This document shows positions 36,712 to 48,560 of a DNA stretch of 60,000 bases, in pieces. This DNA comes from Chiloscyllium plagiosum (taxonomy: Eukaryota). The notes beneath the pieces are model-generated. The model searched no databases. It was not told where the DNA came from and saw only the letters and a program-made list of their open reading frames with translations. Positions within the stretch are counted from its first letter, which is position 1. Each line of letters starts with the position of its first letter. The stretch is from the NCBI RefSeq assembly GCF_004010195.1, contig NC_057753.1, positions 880,330-940,329 of the forward strand, read 5' to 3'. Position numbers and translations under genes: made by a program.

Positions 36712-38457
36712 TCCTCACAATGCTACACTTCTCCAGCTTCCACTCAAAACATGTTAAAACAGCCATCCCCTATGTACAAGCCCTACGTGTACACCGGATA
36801 TGCTCAGATGAGGAGGAACGTGACAGGCACCTGGATGTACTCAGGGATGCCCTCGTAAGAACGGGGTACGATGCTCAACTCATCAACCACCAGTTCCAAC
36901 GTGCCACAGCAAGGAACCATAATGACCTTCTCACGAGACAGAAACGTACTGCAACTGACAGGGTACCTTCATTGTTCAGTACTTCCCAGGAGCTGAAACA
37001 CTACGCCATGTTCTTCGTGACCTGCAATACATTATCAATGAGGATGAGCACCTCGCCAAGACCTTCCCCACACCTCCACTGCTCGCCTTTAAACAACCGT
37101 CAAACCTCAAACAGATCATTGTTCATCGCAAGCTGCCCAACTTTCAGGACAACTCCATACAATCCTGTCACGGTAGGTACTGCAAGACATGTCAGAGTGT
37201 GGACATGGATACCACCATTACACGTGGGGACACCTCCCACCACGTACATGTCATGTACTCATGTGGCTCAGCCAACGTTGTCTATCTCATACCTGAGGCA
37301 TGGTACATTGGAGAAACCTAGCAAAGGTTACAGCAATGGATGAATGGGCACCGCACGACAATCAACAGACAGGAGAGTTCCCTCCCAGTTGGGAATGCTT
37401 CAGCTATCCAGGAAATTTGACCTCGGAACTTCGGGTGACATTCTCCAAGGCGGACTTCGGGAAAGGCTGCAGCAAAAAAGTGGCCGAGCGGAGGCTGATA
37501 GCTAAGTTCCATACTCATAGGGAGGGCCTTGGGTTTATGTCACACTACAGGTGACCATCATTGCACTATACACATACACACAGATACTCCTACACACACA
37601 CGCATACACACACACAGGCACTCCTATACACACACATACACACGGACATACTTATACACAGACACGCACACAGACACTCGCACACACCCTTACAGATACA
37701 CACACTCCAACACTCACACATGCATTCCCTCAGAGACGTAGACCACTCTACACTCACGCACACACGTATACACTCTCTCATACAGGCACTCACAACCCCC
37801 CACCCCAGACACGGACACTCTCCCACACTCACACATGCATCACCTCACAGAATTAAGACACTCTACACTCACTTACACACACATACACACTCTCTCTCAT
37901 ACTCACAACCCGCCAACCCAGTCACACACACACACACACACATGTACACATATACATATATTTTGTGGGGTGAATTTATGCTTGCAGAGTTACATTGTAT
38001 TTTGCTCAAAAACTGCATGAATTCATGTAAAACTCTGTTTTCTCACTTTTTATATTAGAATCAATCGAAGCATCATGGCATAGACAGAGAATACAGGGAG
38101 CTAACACCTTCAACATATTGTCTAGTTAACACCTATTGTTACAGCTAACCTGAAGATGCAATCTTTAAAAAAAAGTTTTGTGATTTACACATGAAAGAAG
38201 TGAAACTATCATGGTATTCGAACAGATGAAAGACTCAACAGGCAATCAAGGTATCTTTAATGCATAATTTCCATTACATCACACTGTAAATATTTGCCAT
38301 AAATTCTGTGCCTTACAATTGTGTCCTCCATAACCTCATGATGAAGGAGCGGCGCTCCCAAAGCTAGTGTGCTTCCAATTAAACCTGTTTGGACTATAAC
38401 CTGGTGTGTGTGACTTAACTTTGTACACCCCAGTCCAACATCGGCATCTCCAAATAA
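36712..38457 (+). mobile_element. 5'-truncated Penelope-like retroelement (RT C-terminus, GIY-YIG endonuclease, CA-rich 3' UTR, terminal repeat)
   Basis: LHFSSFHSKHVKTAIPYVQALRVHRICS; ANVVYLI..WYIGET..RLQQWMNGHR; AERRLIAKFHTH; decayed hammerhead ATGATGA-AGGAGCGGCGCTCC-CAAA at ~38338. Confidence 0.93.
37570..37960. repeat. Degenerate (CA)n tract in the Penelope 3' UTR
   Basis: Direct reading. Confidence 0.9.
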
Positions 38458-39132
38458 TGGATGGCTAGCGACACACTTTGAGATCCCAGGTACCAGAGCC
38501 TAGTGGAGAGCAGAAGGCGAAATGATCCTAGCTTCATTACCAGTAGATCAAGATTCACTTCAGCAGAGTGGAATAAGGGCACCATTTACTCCTGTTCATC
38601 GGGATATTCATCCCTCAGCCGCAATTTGATTCGAAGTATAAATACTCCCATAGCAAACTAATGTTAGTTAATGTTTCACATGTTCTAACTTACAGTTCCA
38701 AATAATGTTCATAATCTGAGGTGTCTGCATTATAGTTTCAAGCAGATGTACTAAAGCCATTATATAAAATCTAAGCAACTGTGCATATTTGGAAAATCTC
38801 TGAAGTGTTCACTGGCATTGCTAGACCAAGATGGAATTACTTAAGTGGCTCTGATAACTGCAACAAATGAAGAAATAAAATCTGAAGACTTTGGTACCCG
38901 TATTTTGCAAACATTATTTTCAACTTGATCCAAATATGCATGTCTGATATGTCAGCAGTGTAATACGCCAGATGCCCAAAAGTTTACGTCCTTTTAACTT
39001 TTGTTTTGAATCACTTAATCCGAGGTGATCTCCAAATGCAGGTGCAAGACATGTTTTGATGGCATCTTGATCTCCCTGTACAAGATTTTCATTGACCCCG
39101 CTGCTGCTCTCCAAAAAATGTCCTTGCGATAC

Positions 39133-39240
39133 CTACCGGTAAACGAGCAGAAACGCCCAACAAATAAACGGTATAACGACCACCAAAACCAATGTCTTCT
39201 GTGCCTGCCAAAACATCAGTTCCAAAATTCCTTGATCCAT
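39133..39240 (-). CDS. Candidate first coding exon or 35-aa membrane micropeptide, MDQGILELMFWQAQKTLVLVVVIPFICWAFLLVYR
   Basis: Kozak AAGATGG, in-frame upstream stop, 18-aa hydrophobic run, donor CG/GTAGGT at 39136, locally many CpGs; no downstream exon found. Confidence 0.25.
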   Translation of the reverse strand: MDQGILELMFWQAQKTLVLVVVIPFICWAFLLVYR

Positions 39241-39479
39241 CTTTCTCTTTGGTCATTGTCCGCGTCTTAACCTGGATTCAGAGTCTCATCATCGAAATCG
39301 AGACGGAGTTGTTTGCAAACAGTATTGACTCCACCACTACGACTGGCTGCTTGCCACTCTGAAATTTCATTCAACTCTCAACCATATTGTAAAATACCAC
39401 TGGTTCATTAAAACGCCTTTTAGTAAATGAAATCTCTAAGGCCTGATATGGTATGTGCAGAAACTTTCTAACTTTGCTG

Positions 39480-39900
39480 AAGAATAAACATTCAAGTCGT
39501 GGGCAACTAGAGTTCGGCAATAAGTGCTGATGCCCACATTTTGTGAAACAAGGCATAATAGACGTTCTTGCTTGTCCTGCAATATTGAGCTCTTCTGCAT
39601 CCCGCTTTCTATTGTCTGATTGTTGGCGGTCAATGGCAAATGGAGTTACATGAACAACAATAAAAAATTCTACGTAGTTCCATGTCCATAATAAGTCTGC
39701 TGATCCAATCCTTGTCACAATCAGTGTGATACATGCTCATCGCACGTGGGACAAAAGATCATTGTTTAATCTCTACTGTTAATACTTCGTGTGCACAATG
39801 TCATGGTGGAACCTCTGGCACAGGTTAACAAACTTTATTGGCATACTACTGTCGAGGTCCAGTTGTGAATAGATGGAAAGCAATCTTGTCTTAAAAGTCT
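39480..39900 (-). mobile_element. Possible very old RTE-like LINE remnant
   Basis: MPIKFVNLCQRFHHD and C..CG-like remnants; weak. Confidence 0.3.
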
Positions 39901-40084
39901 CGCCAACAATAAATCATTGCATGTGTCAGGTTTTGCATGGAATATTGTTGTTTAAAAGTCTCCAGTGCCAGATTTACTGAATGCAGTGCGAAGAAGGAAT
40001 GCAACGAGTTAACTTATTCCAGCTGAGATAATATGCCATGTCAGGGAAGTGTATACCTGTAATTATGTCTGACCAGACACAAGT

Positions 40085-41385
40085 AAATCACAGAACAGGC
40101 CCTTTGGCTCACTATGCTGTGCCAAGCATTAATCTTAGCGTAAAATTAGATAACCTAACCTAGGCACCCATCAATTCACTGCTATCCATGTGCATGTCCA
40201 GCAGTCGTTTAAATGTCCCTAATGACTCTGGTTCCACCACCACTGCTGGCAACGCATTCCATGCATAAAGAACCTACCTCTGACGTCCCCTCTATACCAT
40301 TCTCCTAATATCTTTAAACTATGCCACCTCGTGCCAGTCAACCCTGTCCCGAGGAAAAGCCTCTCGCTATTGATTCTATCCATTCCTCTCATTATCTTGT
40401 ATACCTTGATCAGGTCACATCTCTTCCTCCTTCGCTACAGAGAGAAACGTCCGAGCTTAGTTAACCTCTCTTCATAAGGCAAGCCCTCCAGTCCAGGCAG
40501 CATCCTGATAAGTCTTCTTTGAAACCCTGTCCAAAACCTCTGCATCTTTCCTATAGTAGGGCGACCAGAAATGGACATAATATTCCAAGTGTGGTCTCAC
40601 CAGGGCCTTATAGAGCTGTAGCAAAACCTCTAGGGTTTTAAACACGGTTCCCCCATTAATGAAAGCCAAAACACCATATACTTTCTGAACAACCCTATAC
40701 ACTTGCGTTGAAAGGATCTATGTACATAAACCCCACGATTTCTCTGTTCCTCCATACTGCCAAGAATACTGTCATTAATCCTATATTCAGAATTCGAGTT
40801 TGACATTCCAAAACGCATCACTTCGCATTTATCCAGGTTGAACTCCATTTGCCATTTGTCAGACGAGCTCTGCATCGCTGCAGCCTGCAATAGCCCTCGA
40901 TACTATCAACTGCACCTTCAACCTTTGTGTCATCTGCAACATTACTAACCCACCCCCAACCTCCTCATCCAAGTAATTTATAAAAAAAAAACAAAGAGCA
41001 GAGGCCCAAGAACAGAGCCCTGCATGACTCCACTCAACTCTCTGCCTTCTGTCTGCCAACCAATCCTGAATCCATATATCCAAATCTCCCTGTATCCCAT
41101 AGGTCCTGACTTTATGAATGAGCCTACCACGGGGAACCTTATCAAATGCCTTGCTGAAGTCCATATACACCACATCCAATTCTCAACCTTTGGTGATCTG
41201 CCCTGTCACATCCTCAAAGAACTCAAGATTTGTGAGGCATGACCTGTCCGTCAGAAAGCCATGCTGACCAGCTTTAATCACGCTATGCTTTTCCAAATAA
41301 TCATAAATCCTATCTTTCAGAATTCTTTCAAAAACTTTGCTGACCACAGACGTAAGAATGACTGGTCTGTAACTGCCAGGGAGTT
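40085..41385 (-). mobile_element. CR1 LINE RT and 3' UTR
   Basis: DVVYMDFSKAFDKVP, QGSVLGPLLF, WQMEFNLDKCEV, LYKALVRPHLEY. Confidence 0.95.
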
Positions 41386-41389
41386 TTTA

Positions 41390-41785
41390 TTGAATTGATA
41401 CAGTCAGTTTGGTGAAGATGCACCACAATGTCTTTACGGAGCACGCTCCAGAATTTTCTGGCCGCGACATCAGAGGAATTGTGATTTATTTGCAGTTGTC
41501 GACGATGAATGCCTTGGAAGGGGACGTCCTGTTTGGTGACGTTTATGTGCAGTTGATGGCATTGTTATTTTCCATGGAAGTCGACGTAGACAGGAAGTTA
41601 CTGTTTCAAGACGACTGGTAAATTTCTTTCGTGTGGTTTGTACATTGTTCTTACTGAATATCATGAAAGAAAGCAGTGAATGGTTATATATTTGGTGCCA
41701 ATCAACCGACCTGTTTTGTCTTGGATGATGTCTGCTTCCTTGAGTGCTGTCAGAGTGGACTGAGCCAGACAAATTAAGAATCATC
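41390..41785 (-). mobile_element. CR1/L2-like LINE 3' fragment
   Basis: Same family as 47680-48560. Confidence 0.6.
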
Positions 41786-42469
41786 TACAGAAGTCCGAGA
41801 ATGGCCAGGCATAGGCACTTGATGCAATAACATAGTCCCGACAGAAAGAGGTCATTCCGCCCATCGAGTCTGCACACATGCACACAGGTCCACTCTTTAC
41901 CACATCCTTGCAAACCTCTGGTGGTGCATTTGCAACAACCTACGCTCCCAGAATGCACATCTGTGGACAACATGGGGAACATTTTCCTCGTGGCAACGCA
42001 ACTTATCTGCACATTTTTCGACTGTTGAGGAACCTACCGAGAGACAATGATAACGTGCAAAATCTGCACAGACAATCACCAAAGGCTGAAATCGAACCAG
42101 TTAGTAATCCTTGAATTGAATTGAAATAAATTGAACTGAATTAGCATTATCATCACATGTGCTTGAATGAGTACAATTGCAAGTTTGCAAGTCAGCACAT
42201 TATGATGGCATCTTAGGTACAAGACACCAAGATACAGATACTTAAGTATTTGTTAAAAATAGAAAGAAAAGTGTATCATACGAACAACGGAAAAAAAAAT
42301 AATCAACCTGTGCTATTCATCACACTTCTCCCTGCATATTTCATTGAACAAGCGTTGATCCTCTTCCATGATGGTTCTTGTGGATTACCTATGTTGAATT
42401 TTGAGGTGTGCTGATGAATCTATATGCCGCTGCTTTGAGAGTCATTTTTAATTTGCTAGATCTGATGCA

Positions 42470-43075
42470 ATTCCATCTCATTTACCACGACTAAATCTTT
42501 ACATAACGCAATGGCAGTTAAACTGACTATGACAATGTTCAGTGCTATGGTGACATGTCTGTGCACTGTTCACACTTGGCGACACTGCCATGGCGAAGTT
42601 AATTTGCAGCAGACTGATTATTGAGAGTGAGGTCAAGTATAGTTTTTCTTCTCATTGGTCACCACACCACCTGCACTATATCTTACCACGCTCCAGTTCT
42701 TCTTTCAATTTGTGTTCAACATGGAGGAGTTCTGATATCACTGCCTTAGAAGATTGCCTTGCATACTGTTGACCTGATGCCATGAGACGTCATGAACTCC
42801 AGAGTCAGTGTTATGTAATGCCGGGTCAACTCACTCCCCACTGATTTTCCATCATCTCACCAACTCTGCTGGATATGTTCTTGAAGTGGGACATAAATAG
42901 CTAAGATGGTGATGGTGGTGTTTGGGACATTGATTCTGTACATATGGCACTGTAAGACTCACTTTTCATTGGTCTATGAGATAGTGTCTTCAATCTGGCT
43001 GTAATCGTCAGATATAAGGAAGTTAGTCATGAAGGTTCGACAGGGATGGTTTTGCTGTTGTCGTTTCCCATGCCT
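42470..43075 (-). mobile_element. Degenerate CR1/L2-like endonuclease region
   Basis: GGTCACCACAC..ACC..GCTCCAG..TTCAACATGGAGGAG endonuclease-type remnants. Confidence 0.5.
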
Positions 43076-43897
43076 TAGTTGTTACCAATTATCTGTCTGG
43101 TTTCAGCTGAGAACTATCTAGGATTTGGTTTAACTGAACATTTTGTGACTTCATTGCAAAATGCAGTTAAAAGTTGATCACATGTCTCAGGGCAATCAGA
43201 GAGGAGCAATACTCCAACAATTTTCCAATGCACTCACATTCCCTAACATATTAAATGAAATATATTGTCTGCCATCATAATGTTCCTTGTTTCTGCTTCA
43301 TATTTATAGATCACCAACGCTAATCGAGCAGAAAGACAGCATAAATTGATTAAAGTCTGGTCCTCTTTCAATGCAAAACATGCCGAAGATTATTGATAAC
43401 AATTGAGATAACTAACAATCCAAAGGGGCAGAAAACCAAGAGATGGATTTAAATAAACTAATGTAATCTTAAAGATAAACTATTTGTTTTAGAAACAGCG
43501 TTTTCTTTTCACATAAATATAAGATCCACTAAACATTGATGGAGATTACATTTGGGTAATATTTGTATTGTTCAAAGCTGTTAAATAGAGATCTCTTTTC
43601 AGATAGAAACAGTCTATTCAACCTTTACATACATCTTAGGGGGCTGGTGCATGCCATTGAAATAAGATGCTAAAATGCCCCTTTAAAATTACTTGGAAAA
43701 CAATGAACATTGGGTCACGATATATTTACATGAGTCAAGAACAGTTAACCTGAAAACATTCCACATCTCATGACAAGGTTTTAATAATTTTGATTTGTGC
43801 TTCTGGTTATTCAGTGTGATCACGGACAGTTTTTCCCTATTTCCGATTGGTTTTTCATTCTAGATTAGATTACCTACAGTGTGGCAATAGGTCCTCT

Positions 43898-44420
43898 AGA
43901 GAACATCTCTGGGACACCCGCACCAACCAACCCAACCACCCCGTGGCTGAACAGTTTAACTCCCCCTCCCAATCCGCCAAGGACATGCAAGTCCTTGGCC
44001 TCCTCCATCGCCAGACCATGGCAACACGACGCCTGGAGGGAGAGTGCCTCATCTTCCGCCTAGGAACCCTCCAACCACAAGGGATGAATGCAGATTTCTC
44101 CAGCTTCCTCATTTCCCCTCCCCCCACCTTATCTCAGTCCCAACCCTCGGACTCAGCACCGCCTTCTTGACCTTCAATCTTCTTCCCGAGCTCTCCGCCC
44201 CCACCCCCTCTCCGGCCTATCACCCTCACCTTAACCTCCTTCCACCTATCACATTCCCAACTCCCCTCCCCAAAGTCCTTCCTCCCTACCTTTTATCTTA
44301 GCCTGCTTGGCACACCCTTCTCATTCTTGAAGAAGGGCTTATGCCCGAAACGTCGATTCCCTTGCTCCTTGGATGCTGCCTGACCTGCTGCACTTTTCCA
44401 GCAACACATTTTTCAGCTGT
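43898..44420 (+). mobile_element. Penelope-like 3' end (GIY-YIG C-terminus and terminal repeat with hammerhead motif)
   Basis: REHLWDT..PVAEQFNSPSQSAKDMQVLGL..RRLEGECLIFRLGTLQPQGMN; TTGAAGA-AGGGCTTATGCCC-GAAACGTC. Confidence 0.9.
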
Positions 44421-44698
44421 GTACTGCAAGCTCCTCCCAAGCAGTCAGTACACCATTATGTAAGTAACGTCTGCAAGTTAACATTTTTTGGGGGACTTGC
44501 ATCCATTTCCTGACCATGTCTGTTTGTTAAACAACCAAGTCACCAGGGATATGCATGTACAGTAACTGTCTTTTCCTTGAATGATTTTGTAACTAATACA
44601 AGAACACACAAACCATAATGGATCATGCCTCAAGGCAGCCAAGTTGGCTCCTTTCGACTACAAGTAGATCTTATTTCCTCTATTACCTTGAGGAACAA

Positions 44699-46411
44699 AG
44701 TTAAAAATCACAAAACACCAGGTTATAGTCCAACAGGTGTATTTGGAAGCACTAACCTTCGAAGCGCTTCTATTTCATCAGGTGGTTGTGGAGCAGGACA
44801 ATAAGACACAGAATTTATAGCAAAAGGTGACAGTGCATTGCGGCTGAAATATATTGAACAAACTTATATTAAGTCTTTCATGTTTTAGAATTGAGTTACT
44901 AGCTTTGCTTCGTTAATATATAAATCCCAGAACTTCTTTTAAGTCACATTCTCAAGATAACTACAAATATTCGAAAATGTGTTGTCATCTCAGTTCAGAC
45001 AATGCATTAAAGGTGTGTGGTTAAAGTCTGTCTGTGTCCCAAACCTGAATCAGACTGGTTCTAATTCTCAAGTGGGATTTACAGAATCTTACATGGATTG
45101 ACTTGGTTATGCATTTTTCAGCAAAATAAAACTCAATACAAATTCACCACACAAATATATATGTGCGTGCGAACAGGAGAGTCAGAGTGAGTCATACTAC
45201 AGGTGACCCCACTACAGTACACACTCCCTCTGTCACTCATGCACACGTTTGCGTACACAAAAAAAAACACACGCATACACACACGCCTACACACACACAG
45301 GCAGACACACATACACATAAACACTCTCCTACACACTCACACACTAACGCAGACCCTCTCTCATTCACAAGCGCTCTGCCATATCCAGACACATATATAC
45401 ACCTCACAACCACTGGAGAACGAGAGGACTGCAGATGCTGGAGATTAGAGTCGAAAATGCATTGCTGGGAAAGCACAGCATGTCGGAAACATCCGAGAAG
45501 CAGGAGAATCGACGTTGTGGGTATAAACTCTTCATCAGGATGAAAGGACTTGGGGACAACACGCCATATACATCGCAGGTGTGACTCGGACAACGTTGCA
45601 TTTGTTATACACTACATGCAAGAATACCGAGGCATGGTATATTGGCGATTCCTGATAAAGGGCATATACCAGAAACGTCGATTTTCTCGCTCTTTGGATG
45701 CTGCCTGACCTGTTGTGCTTCCCCAGCAACACACCCTCGATCCCACACACACATGCACGCAACCTGTCACAGTTTTGCACCCCATTACACTCACCCACGA
45801 ACTATGCGAAGCTTACGCACTCACATATCCACATTCATCTCACATGCATTCACACCCACATGCACACACTCACATGCACACACGTACTCTGTCTCTCCTG
45901 CACGCGCGCACAGATAGGTTTATGAGGTAAATTGGTATTTGCAGAATTGCATTTTATTTTTCTCAAAAAATACATAACCTACAGTCAATCTGTGTAAGAT
46001 TCTGTGAGTCCCACATTAGAAATATAACCAGTCTACCTCAACAATAGGACACAGACAGACTCTAACCTCACAGCTTTAATGCATTTTCTGAGCTTTTGTT
46101 AGAAAACCTGGCGTTATCTTGAGAATGTGACTTAAAAGGAGTCTGGGATTGACATATTAATGAACCGAAGTTAGCAAACCCATTCTAAAAGATGAAAGAC
46201 TTAGTCTAAGTTTGTTTAATATATTTCATCCGCATGGCACTGTAACTTCTTTTGGTATACGTTCTGTGTTTTTTGGTCATATTCCACAACCATCGAATGA
46301 AGAAATTGCACTTCGAAAGCTAGTGCTTCCAAACAGACCTATTGTTCAATAATCTGGAGTTATGTCGTTTTTCACTTTGTTCATTCCAGTCCAACATTGG
46401 CTCCTTCAAAT
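44699..46411. mobile_element. Non-autonomous Penelope-derived element with ~470-bp inverted arms and a nested smaller inverted element
   Basis: Arms ~44699-45160 and ~45915-46380; 12-bp TSD CTTGA(G/A)GAACAA at 44687-44698 and 46412-46423. Confidence 0.8.
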
Positions 46412-46854
46412 CTTGAAGAACAATTGTAACATCAGAACTGAAAATAATAACATTGATTTGGCTCTGTAACTACTGGCTCTTATCAGAAACAGTGTGCTAT
46501 ACACAGAAAGTAAAATAAGATGAAACAGACTTCTCAATTCGTACAACTTTGAATGTGTTTTGTACGTGTACATTTTATTTAAACGTACTAATGGAACAAC
46601 ATATTGAGATCATAAGGACATCCGGGAGAAAATTGAAAATAGTAAATTCAAGATCTGGCAAAATAAATGTCTACCATGCAGTTGGATCTTTCTTTGGAGC
46701 AGTTGCATGTTGGCATTTTAAGTCAATCATCCCAAATCCCTGCTCCCAAGAAAACCTGTATGAATTATCAATTTCATGGATCGCAATCATAAAGAAGAAA
46801 CACTGAAAAACGTTGCATTTTTTCCTCTCTCTAACCTACCTAGACATCACTCTG

Positions 46855-47660
46855 ATTACTGGGATGCCAGGGCAGACGAATGAAGGAAGATTGAAGTGAT
46901 TCGATTATATTAACTGGAATTTAGAAGAATGAAGAATGATCTGATAGAAACCTGTGCAATTGTGAGAGGTGCGGATTGAACACATGCAGGAAGGATGTTC
47001 TCGATGTCCAGGGACTCAAGAATCAAGATCCAGAGATTTAAGATACGTGTAGCACGTTGAGGACTGTGATGAGCCGAATTGCTTTCTGCCAATCATGGCG
47101 AAGTTTGTCAGATATTTTGTCACTGATAACGATTGAGGCCAAGCATTTAATGTTTTCAGTAAGGAGTTTGATATTATACTTAGAATTAAAGGGGGTCAGA
47201 GGTTCTGGAGACAAAGCGGGAACGGGTAGTTTGTTTTTGTTTGAATTGTTACAGAGCGGAAAAGGCCGTTCAGCCCAGCAACTCTTCTCCGACCAACCGA
47301 ACTCTACCTCACACAGCACCACAACTCCCCCCCCCCCCCCCGCAACTCTTTGACTGTAACCCTACTTGTCCCGTGACTAATTCACCTAAACTAAATATCC
47401 CTGAACGCTATGAGCAGTTAGTCGAAGCGATTTGGCTAAATCATACTTCTTTCGCCTGTGGAGGGAAACCAGAGCACCCGGTGAAAACCCCCCACACATG
47501 GAGAGAATGTGCAGACACAACACAGGCACTTGCCTGAGCGTGTAATTGAAGCCTGGTACAGTGAGGTAGTAGTTGGATGACGAGCAATGATTATATAGAA
47601 TGGGGGAGCATGTTTAAAAGGCCTAAGACAAAGCATTTTGCTATTTTCATTTTTTATGTA
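46855..47660 (+). mobile_element. CR1 3' fragment interrupted by a SINE
   Basis: LEFRRMKNDLIET; paralog of 4175-4632. Confidence 0.75.
47245..47570 (-). mobile_element. HE1-type V-SINE
   Basis: TGTGGAGGGAAACCAGAGCACCCGGTGAAAACCC...AGAATGTGCAGAC. Confidence 0.85.
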
Positions 47661-47679
47661 AAAATTCATTTGTTGAACA

Positions 47680-48560
47680 TAGGTGCTGGTGGCTGACCAG
47701 TATTTATTTCCCATTCCAATTGCCCTTTAGGAGTTGCTGGTGAACTGACGTTTTGAACTTTTGCTATTTATCTGCTGTAGCTTCACCCACAATGCCATGA
47801 GGGTGGGAATTCCAGGATTTTGAACCAACAATAGTGAAGTAACAGATATATATTTCCAGGGCAGGATGGTGAGCGGCTTGGACGTGGTGGTCTTCCCATA
47901 TCCTTGTCCTTCCAGATCGAAGTCATGGTGGGTTTGAAGGGTACTGTCTGAAGATCTTTGGCAACTTTCTACAGTACATATTGTAGATAGAATATATTGT
48001 TGGTACTGACTGTTGGTAGTGAAGCCAGTGGTTACTTCTAGTTTTTGCCCCAACCAAGCGGGCTGCTTTGTTCTGGATGCTGTCCAGCTTCTTGAGTGTC
48101 ATTGGGGCTGCCCCTTGTCATGCAAGTTGACAATATTCCACCACACTCCTGATCTGCACCTTGGAGATTCTGAATAGGCTTTGAGGAGTCAGAGGTGTGC
48201 GACTTGCCGCAGTATTCTTAGCCTTTGATCTGCTCTTGTAGCAACTATGTTTATGTGGTAAATCCAGTTGAATTTCAGGTCAATTATAACCCCCACGATG
48301 TTAATGATGGGAGACATACTGAAAGTAACAACATTGAATGTTAAGGGGCGTGATTATATTATCTCTTATTGGTGATGGTCGTAGCCTTGCATTTCTGTGA
48401 CACAAATACTTCTTCGCAATTGTCAGCTCAGCCTACATCTTTTTCCAGATGTTGTGGTATTTGCAGATGGAATGCTTCAGTACCTGAAAAGTCACGAATG
48501 GTTCGAAAGATGTTGCCATCATCACTAACATCCCCACTTCTGACCCAGTGATGGAAGGTT
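47680..48560 (-). mobile_element. CR1/L2-like LINE RT C-terminus and 3' UTR
   Basis: KVQIRSVVEYC-like segment; KPLTILPWKYI 3' region; absent from copy A. Confidence 0.75.

Noticed and set aside
37529..38058. His/Thr-rich ORFs (also 45133-45930)
   Set aside because: Translations of CA microsatellite tracts
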